Virus record (IMG/VR): IMGVR_UViG_3300010885_080481
Direction: 5' to 3' (one strand)
Length of the DNA: 64,000 bases
From: a virus
Taxonomy: Duplodnaviria; Caudoviricetes
Numbering within the stretch: position 1 is the first letter of the stretch; the number at the start of each line of letters is the position of its first letter. A program made the position numbers and the translations under genes. The notes beneath the pieces were generated by a model. That model was given only the letters and a program-made list of their open reading frames with translations. It was not told the origin of the DNA and made no database searches. Shown one piece after another: positions 57,551 through 64,000 of the stretch.

Positions 57551-58891
57551 ATGGCGACAAGATTTAATTCCAAGAGTTCTCCAAAGTATGGAGTTTCAGG
57601 CATAGCCGATAAAACCCATCAAGATTCACCTGACCTTTCAATTCCGTCAGTCGGGATTGAAGATGTCGACGTGTCGCTTTTCAATCTATTTGAAAAAGAA
57701 ATTCCTCTTCAGGTAAGCGGAGACAATTCTACCCCTAAGAAAGTGCCTGTAATTTTTGCCTCTGGCGAAAAGTGGGCAATGTTAAAAAAGTATCAAGCTA
57801 TCAGGGATAGAAATGGATCATTAATATTGCCTCTGATCACAATCTTAAGAAATTCGATAGAACAGGATCTCACAAACGACATTGCTGGTAGAGGTATCAA
57901 TCAGCAGACCAACGAAATCGTGATCCGCAGAAGGTTGGATAAATCTGATAGAAGCTACCAAAATTTGATCAACCGTTACTTAGTAAAGAATCAAAAAAAT
58001 GTGGCGACTAACAACTATAGAGAGCATCTGCCTGATCAACTGTTGACCAACAGAAGTGTTGGCGAAGATCAAGATGACCCCACTATAATAGATGGTGGAT
58101 GGTTGGCTGATATAAAATCTAAAAATATTTACGAGACGATCGTCATACCATCACCTCGATTTTGTTCTATCAAATATGATGTATCACTATGGACACAATA
58201 CACCCAGCATATGAATCAGTTGCTAGAACAAATAATGTCATCATTTTTACCGCAAGGTAATGCGTGGCGTTTAGATACGCCTAAAGGCTATTGGTTCATC
58301 GCGACAGTTGACGGGTCATTTGATCCAGAAACTAATTTCGAAGCGATAGAGCAAGAAGAAAGATTGGTGAGACATAAATTTTCTGTGAACGTAAATGCTT
58401 ATATCTTCGCCGGAGCCGCGCCTGGCGTCAATGTGCCAATCAAACGTTACGTTTCTTCGCCCGTGGTCACTTTTGATACGGGTTTAGAACCGAATGTTGG
58501 CTCAGGTATGAGTAAGACGGCAAACACGACTGGCAATCCATTTCTAGGGTCTGATGATCCGACCTTACCTTTGTCCAATGACAAAAATCGTCGACCAGAT
58601 CAAAGAAATACTGGAACCAGACTGTATGATCCAAAAACCGACAATTTGGCGACAACTGATCCTGCTCTCAACGCCAGAACCGCTCAGCAGTATAACCCCG
58701 TGTACACGAAAGTTGTGTCTCAAGATTCAACGGGCAAACAAGTCATTAAATATGATAGGTCTTATAGGGTTACAGCAGCATCTGGGGAGACAGTCTTGAA
58801 ACCAGCTTCGGATTTTGTATCAAAACCAGGAATAGCTACGGCCGATGCAATCTTAGGCGGGTTGACTTACGAGAGCGGCAACGACCTCTAA
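57551..58891 (+). CDS. Tail terminator / sheath stabiliser (T4 gp15-like)
   Basis: KVPVIFA.GEKW, LILPLI.I.R..I, P....I.Y....WT.Y..HMNQL.EQI; precedes the sheath gene. Confidence 0.7.
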   Translation: MATRFNSKSSPKYGVSGIADKTHQDSPDLSIPSVGIEDVDVSLFNLFEKEIPLQVSGDNSTPKKVPVIFASGEKWAMLKKYQAIRDRNGSLILPLITILRNSIEQDLTNDIAGRGINQQTNEIVIRRRLDKSDRSYQNLINRYLVKNQKNVATNNYREHLPDQLLTNRSVGEDQDDPTIIDGGWLADIKSKNIYETIVIPSPRFCSIKYDVSLWTQYTQHMNQLLEQIMSSFLPQGNAWRLDTPKGYWFIATVDGSFDPETNFEAIEQEERLVRHKFSVNVNAYIFAGAAPGVNVPIKRYVSSPVVTFDTGLEPNVGSGMSKTANTTGNPFLGSDDPTLPLSNDKNRRPDQRNTGTRLYDPKTDNLATTDPALNARTAQQYNPVYTKVVSQDSTGKQVIKYDRSYRVTAASGETVLKPASDFVSKPGIATADAILGGLTYESGNDL

Positions 58892-58936
58892 AAACATGTT
58901 AGATTAATTGACAAAAGTTTTTTGGATTTATCCATA

Positions 58937-58943
58937 ATACTTA
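58937..58943 (+). promoter_or_regulatory. Candidate late-promoter motif ATACTTA
   Basis: 41 nt upstream of sheath-1 ATG 58985 (SD AGGAG at 58973-58977). Confidence 0.45.
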
Positions 58944-58984
58944 TAGAAAAGTTTTTCTATAGTGTTTTTAGAAGGAGAATTATA

Positions 58985-61900
58985 ATGGCCGAGCAAGTAT
59001 TCAGATCGCCTAATTTTTTTGAACGTGAAATTGAGCTCAAAGCTCCACCCCCTGGAGGTCCTGTAGGGGTTCCTGCTGGAGTAATCGGGACTGCTAGAAA
59101 GGGTCCTGCGTTCGTTCCTGTCACGGTCGCAAGCTGGAATGAGTTCGTTAGCGTCTTTGGCGATCTTGATCCAAAGAAGTTCGGTCCTTATGCCGTCAAT
59201 GAATTTTTGAAAAATCGTGCTTCTCTCACCTACATGCGTGTTCTCGGTGCAGGTGCCAATCGCACCGTTGGTGATATCTCGGATACGACTTCAACAGGTA
59301 GAGTTAAAAATGCGGGATTCAAGCTGACACCAACTCCGCTCGGCGGAGACAAGGATGCGCACGCAAGATCTACTGGAGACTTGCAGTTTTTGGTAGCTGA
59401 TCATACGATCGCCACCAACGAATCGGCAGGCATGCCGATGTTCACTGACAACGATTCTCGCACCCAAGCCAATAACATTTCTTTGGTCAGGGGTATGGTC
59501 ATGTTGGCTTCTGGTGCCAGAATGTTGGTATTGGATGGAGATGAGGTCCTTGGTACTAAAGCAGATACAGCTGTGGCAATTGATGATTCTGCTCAAATCA
59601 AATCAGGAAAGTTTAAGATAGTCATTTCTTCTTCTTTAGGCAGCAGCTTCTCTTTCGATGACAAGAAGACAGGCATCAAAATTTATACTGCCTCTATGAA
59701 TCCATCGAGCGCGGATTATTTCGGCAAGATCTTAAATAGAGATCCTGAGAAATTCGCTCAATATCAGCATCTTTTGTATACCGACTTTGCGGTGGACGAA
59801 GAAGTTGCTGGCGTTCTAGAAGGAGATTACATTGCAGTTCTATCAGGAACCGCGAACAAGAGTCTTACATCAGGTGACGTCACATCTGATTTTAGCTCTT
59901 CTTACACTTCTTTTAACACGAGATTCTCAACTCCAAAGACGACGTTCTTCATATCTCAACCTTTCGGTTCTACGGAATATGATCTATTCGCCGTTGAAGC
60001 AATCGACGACGGCGAGTATGCAAACAGTCTCTACAAGATTTCAATAAGCAATCTTAAAGTTTCAGAAAATGAAGCTTACGAGTATGGCACGTTCAATCTG
60101 CAGATCCGCGATTTTAATGACACTGACATTAATCCACGCGTGATTGAAGAGTTCGTCAACTGTTCTTTGGATCCTGATTCTAGTAACTACGTCGCAAAAC
60201 TTGTCGGTGACCGTAAGGTGACGTACGATTTTGATCAAGACATATCGACAGAGCGCCGCATCGTCACGACTGGTAAATATCAAAATGTGTCGAAGTTCGT
60301 CAGAGTCGTCATGTCAACGGCCGTCGAAGAGAAGAAGGTTCCTGCTCGAACGTTGCCTTTCGGCTTCCGCGGCGCAGAGGTGTTAAAGACCAATGATAGT
60401 TTAAGCGATCTTGCACCTTCTTTAACATTGAAGAGACTCGGCGGAAGACTTTTAAATAATGCTGATAGTTTTCTTTCAGGCGCAATACTCCCGCCGGTTC
60501 CATTTAGATACAAGGTAACAAAGGGTGCCGTTGATTCAACTCCTTCTTGGGACGGTGATCCTGGTCCTCTAGAGGCAGCAATGCCTTCTCTATACTGGGG
60601 CGTCAAATTCGAAAGAAACAACGATCCGTTGAATTGTAACCTTTCGGAAGAAAAGAATGTTTTGATTGAAAGCTATACCAAGTTCTTGGGAATCAAGAAG
60701 CTAGATGTTCTGGTTACGGGTTCTGGTGCTGATTCTTTCAACAACAACAAGTTCACATTAGCAAAGGTGGCTTTTGCCAACGCGGCGATTTCCGATCTCA
60801 CAGGGACAATCAGATCTCATATGAGAGAGGCAGCATATATCAGAAATGCGAAGGTAGATCCATCGACGTATGTCGTGAAAGACCCAGTGTTGGGTGACAG
60901 AATAACATTCGCATCTTTGTTATCAAACGGTCAAGCTTACGAGTTCAACAAATACTCTAGCTTTGCTAAGTTCACTACGTTTATGCAAGGCGGATTTGAT
61001 GGTTTAAACATACTCGACCCCGCTGCCCGCCGCATGAATGATAAAGCTACTTCTTTTGAAACTCCAAATGGAGCTGCTTCATCGATTTATGTATCACCAG
61101 GACTCAAAACCAATGTGGCAGGATCTGATGTGTCTAACAATGCTATCAGCTCTTATACTACAGCCATTGATTTAATGACAGACCCACTACAGGTTAACGT
61201 CAATCTCTTGGCAATTCCTGGAATTAGAGAGGATTACATAACTAACTACACGTCTAAGAAAGTTAGAGATTATGGTTTATCCATGTACGTTATGGACATT
61301 CCAAACTATGATGATAATGGCGATCGTTTGTATGACGACTCAACCAACCGTATCAATATTGAGAACACGGCGTCGGTTTTTGAAGACAGAACGTTCGATA
61401 ACAATTATGTAGCCACTTACTTCCCGAACGTTTACGTAAATGATCCGACTAACAAACGTTATGTAAAAGTACCTGCATCTGTTGCGGCCTTGGGTGCAAT
61501 TGGATTCAATGATCAAAATGCATATCCATGGTTCGCTCCTGCCGGATTTAATAGAGCAGCCTTGGACTTCGTTAACAATGTTGAAGTCAGATTGAACGTT
61601 TCCGATAGAGATAGATTGTATGATGCTAGGATCAATCCGATCGCAACGTTCCCTCGTCTGGGATTCGTTATCTACGGTCAAAAGACGTTGCAAATCAGAA
61701 AATCTGCTCTTGATAGAGTAAACGTTCGTAGATTGCTTCTCGAGGTGAAGAGAATCATCATAGGAATTGCCAACAGAATCATCTTTGAGCAAAATACACC
61801 AGCGGTTCGCAACAAGTTTGTAGCCGACGCAATTCTTCAGTTAGGTCTCATTCAGACGCAGGCTGGCATCGAAGCATATCAGGTCATTATGAATGAAACA

Positions 61901-62026
61901 AATAACACGCAGGAAGACGTCGACTTGAATCGTCTGAATGGTAGGATCGTTGTTGTCCCGACAAGAGCGATCGAGTTCATTGCTATCGACTTTATCGTAA
62001 CCAATTCTGGTGTCGAATTTGTTTGA
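58985..62026 (+). CDS. Contractile tail sheath protein 1 (T4 gp18-like)
   Basis: SPNFFEREI, IGTARKGPAFVP, F...FG, C-terminal WFAPAGFNR, RINPI, YGQKTL, SALDRVNVRRLL, P.RAIEFI..DF. ATG 58985 chosen from the SD. Confidence 0.95.
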   Translation: MAEQVFRSPNFFEREIELKAPPPGGPVGVPAGVIGTARKGPAFVPVTVASWNEFVSVFGDLDPKKFGPYAVNEFLKNRASLTYMRVLGAGANRTVGDISDTTSTGRVKNAGFKLTPTPLGGDKDAHARSTGDLQFLVADHTIATNESAGMPMFTDNDSRTQANNISLVRGMVMLASGARMLVLDGDEVLGTKADTAVAIDDSAQIKSGKFKIVISSSLGSSFSFDDKKTGIKIYTASMNPSSADYFGKILNRDPEKFAQYQHLLYTDFAVDEEVAGVLEGDYIAVLSGTANKSLTSGDVTSDFSSSYTSFNTRFSTPKTTFFISQPFGSTEYDLFAVEAIDDGEYANSLYKISISNLKVSENEAYEYGTFNLQIRDFNDTDINPRVIEEFVNCSLDPDSSNYVAKLVGDRKVTYDFDQDISTERRIVTTGKYQNVSKFVRVVMSTAVEEKKVPARTLPFGFRGAEVLKTNDSLSDLAPSLTLKRLGGRLLNNADSFLSGAILPPVPFRYKVTKGAVDSTPSWDGDPGPLEAAMPSLYWGVKFERNNDPLNCNLSEEKNVLIESYTKFLGIKKLDVLVTGSGADSFNNNKFTLAKVAFANAAISDLTGTIRSHMREAAYIRNAKVDPSTYVVKDPVLGDRITFASLLSNGQAYEFNKYSSFAKFTTFMQGGFDGLNILDPAARRMNDKATSFETPNGAASSIYVSPGLKTNVAGSDVSNNAISSYTTAIDLMTDPLQVNVNLLAIPGIREDYITNYTSKKVRDYGLSMYVMDIPNYDDNGDRLYDDSTNRINIENTASVFEDRTFDNNYVATYFPNVYVNDPTNKRYVKVPASVAALGAIGFNDQNAYPWFAPAGFNRAALDFVNNVEVRLNVSDRDRLYDARINPIATFPRLGFVIYGQKTLQIRKSALDRVNVRRLLLEVKRIIIGIANRIIFEQNTPAVRNKFVADAILQLGLIQTQAGIEAYQVIMNETNNTQEDVDLNRLNGRIVVVPTRAIEFIAIDFIVTNSGVEFV

Positions 62027-62045
62027 TGCAAACGTCGGGAGATTT

Positions 62046-62052
62046 ATACTTA
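62046..62052 (+). promoter_or_regulatory. Candidate late-promoter motif ATACTTA
   Basis: 26 nt upstream of sheath-2 ATG 62079 (SD AGGAG at 62066-62070). Confidence 0.45.
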
Positions 62053-62078
62053 TCATGCAAAGCTTAGGAGCGATATAA

Positions 62079-64000
62079 ATGGCACAGCTCAAATTTGGAA
62101 GCGCAGGAGTAACATCAAGAGAAATCGACCTATCAGGTCCAGTAGAAACCTCACCAACAGGTGTTCCAGCTGGCGTGATTGGAACATCTGTTAAAGGACC
62201 AGCTTTCGTACCTCTGACGTACGGAAACTTAAAAGACTTTTTTGCTAAGTTTGGTGAAAGCGATTCAAAAAAGTTTGGTCCTATCGCTGTGGCTGAGTGG
62301 TTGAACAACGCAACTTCGGTCACGTATTTACGCGTTCTCGGTGTGGGTGATGGTAAGAAACGTACGGCCTCCGGTGCTGTGACGAATGCTGGTTTTACGG
62401 TAGGCGAAAAGCAACCTGATTCTACCGGAATGTTGTCTTACAATTCTTATGCAAATCAAGAAGGATCCCCTGGCAGAACTTACTTCTTGGGTTGCTTTAT
62501 GTCAGAGTCTGCAGGTTCTACTTTCTTCAGCGACGCAGGCCTTCAAGGGTTGAACAGAGTAACATCTCCTAATTCGTTAGATGCAGCCGTGCCAATTGTC
62601 AGAGGAGTTTTAATGGCTCCTTCTGGAGTTCTAATTAGACTATCTGCCTCACACGGTCCGGCCTTTTCTTCAGCTCCTACATTAACGACAACAGGTCGTG
62701 AGTTAGATCCCAATTTGAGAGGTACTACGCTGGGTTCAGTAGTGCTGGACTCTTCCAAACAAGAGTTCACATTACTTCTAAATGGGCATAGAGGCCTTGA
62801 TTCCGCTTATCCCAACGTATTGACCGCTTCTTTCGACGTTAATTCGGCTAACTTCTTGACGAAGGTTTTAAATACAGATCCTTACAAAATACAACAAGCA
62901 GGTCATTATTTAGCGGCTCACTGGGATATTCATCCTGCAGTTGCTGTCGTAACGGGGACGGGACTAATTTCAGCCGGCGCTTTTTCGTATGGATTAGCGG
63001 ATCTTCGACGTGGCAAAGAATCTTCTGCTTTCTTGTTGACTTCGTCTCAAGCATACGATGCAGGAACAACGTCTGTTCCAAACTTTGAATCATTCAAAGA
63101 TAGGTTCTCTAATGCAAAATCTCCCTGGGTGATCTCGCAAAAGTTTGGCGGAAATCCAATAAACCTATTTAGATTTCATTCTTTGGACTCTGGCGTTGGC
63201 GTATCTAACAAGTTTAAAATTACTATCGCCAACATCGTCCCTTCAACCGCAGCAAATTACAAATACGGTTCGTTCAATGTCGTAATTCGAGCTTTCGAAG
63301 ATAATGATATAGATCAAAAAGTTTTAGAAAGCTTCAACGGAGTCAATCTAGACCCATCATCCGATAGATACATCGCTAAGGTTCTAGGCGATATTAACGC
63401 ATACTATGATTTTGACAGAGATGAAGCAAGCCAAAAACTTGTCATCGAAGGAAACTATACGTTACGATCTCGTTTCGTTCGTGTTGAAGTATCGAACGAG
63501 GTGTTGGACATGGCAGTAGACTCCACCGCTCTACCAATGGGATTCAGAGGAATTGCTCACCTTGTAACATCTGGATCTGTTCTTAAGACTCTCTCCGCCG
63601 CCGACGCGGCTGAGTTAACAGCCGCAGAGTACATAAAAAATGTTGTAGAGTCTCCGTTGCCTTTCAGAAAAACGATCATAGACGGAACAGGATTACAAGC
63701 TCAAGAAAACGCTAGGTATTGTTGGGGCGTTAAGTTTGAACACACGACAGATCTTGCGGAACAGAACAGCGGTAACTCCCCAGACAAATCCTTAAATTAC
63801 TTCACAAGTTACTTCCCTGATTTTTCAACAACAAATATGAACTTTGTTGTCGGCGATAATTCAGGAGCTCCGGACACATCCACAAATGGTATTCTGGACG
63901 CTGACAGATTCTGTAACAATCTTTTCACTCTTGAACACATTAAGATTACGACAGGATCTAATGGCACCGTTGATCAACCAGATTCTTGGAAGTATGCAGA
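62079..64000 (+). CDS. Contractile tail sheath protein 2, 3'-truncated by window edge (not in ORF track)
   Basis: MAQLKFGSAGVTSREIDLS...GVPAGVIGTSVKGPAFVP...FFAKFG...KFGP.AV.EWL..ATSVTYLRVLG, clearly paralogous to the sheath-1 N-terminus. The end of the window also matches sheath 1 (LPMGFRG, WGVKFE). Confidence 0.92.
   Translation, partial: MAQLKFGSAGVTSREIDLSGPVETSPTGVPAGVIGTSVKGPAFVPLTYGNLKDFFAKFGESDSKKFGPIAVAEWLNNATSVTYLRVLGVGDGKKRTASGAVTNAGFTVGEKQPDSTGMLSYNSYANQEGSPGRTYFLGCFMSESAGSTFFSDAGLQGLNRVTSPNSLDAAVPIVRGVLMAPSGVLIRLSASHGPAFSSAPTLTTTGRELDPNLRGTTLGSVVLDSSKQEFTLLLNGHRGLDSAYPNVLTASFDVNSANFLTKVLNTDPYKIQQAGHYLAAHWDIHPAVAVVTGTGLISAGAFSYGLADLRRGKESSAFLLTSSQAYDAGTTSVPNFESFKDRFSNAKSPWVISQKFGGNPINLFRFHSLDSGVGVSNKFKITIANIVPSTAANYKYGSFNVVIRAFEDNDIDQKVLESFNGVNLDPSSDRYIAKVLGDINAYYDFDRDEASQKLVIEGNYTLRSRFVRVEVSNEVLDMAVDSTALPMGFRGIAHLVTSGSVLKTLSAADAAELTAAEYIKNVVESPLPFRKTIIDGTGLQAQENARYCWGVKFEHTTDLAEQNSGNSPDKSLNYFTSYFPDFSTTNMNFVVGDNSGAPDTSTNGILDADRFCNNLFTLEHIKITTGSNGTVDQPDSWKYA

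Noticed and set aside
58908-58938. Sigma70 promoter TTGACA...CATAAT before sheath 1
   Set aside because: The 19-nt spacer is suboptimal and an early promoter is unexpected for a sheath gene; the ATACTTA motif explains the site equally well.
55692-64000. Extracellular contractile injection system or tailocin (suggested by two sheaths)
   Set aside because: Head-tail neck (gp13/gp14-like) genes, a late sigma factor and an endolysin point to a full phage.

Overview
This window is a segment of a large (jumbo-type) T4-like myophage genome, nearly all on the + strand and densely packed, with many ATGA stop/start overlaps. It has four parts. (1) 1-23.8 kb is a glycan-biosynthesis island: dTDP-sugar rmlA/D/B, an ADP-heptose module with a GT9, enzymes resembling GDP-mannose 3,5-epimerase, CDP-sugar 2-epimerase and UDP-glucose dehydrogenase, a NodU-type carbamoyltransferase, methyltransferases and 9-12 glycosyltransferases. 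It has no flippase, polymerase or membrane initiating transferase. A Cas4-like nuclease sits near its end. (2) 24-42.3 kb holds a gp55-like late sigma factor and baseplate genes (gp5-like spike, a protein with a CHAP-like domain, gp25-like, gp6-like, a LamG protein and large unknown structural proteins). (3) 42.3-44.4 kb is a minus-strand islet: a degenerate Pth2, a NADAR and a GH73-like hydrolase. (4) 44.6-64 kb holds fibre genes (two Thr-rich collagens, a 26x SHAEG repeat fibre, a beta-helix protein) surrounding a GT2-methyltransferase-GT2-TPR fusion inside a high-GC island, then an M15 endolysin, neck/terminator genes and two tandem tail-sheath paralogues, the second cut by the window end. 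The most interesting hypothesis is a phage-encoded system for O-glycosylating its own collagen and adhesin fibres, analogous to Bacillus/Clostridioides BclA glycosylation. All family assignments come from motif recognition by eye; no database search was run, and the host cannot be determined from this window.
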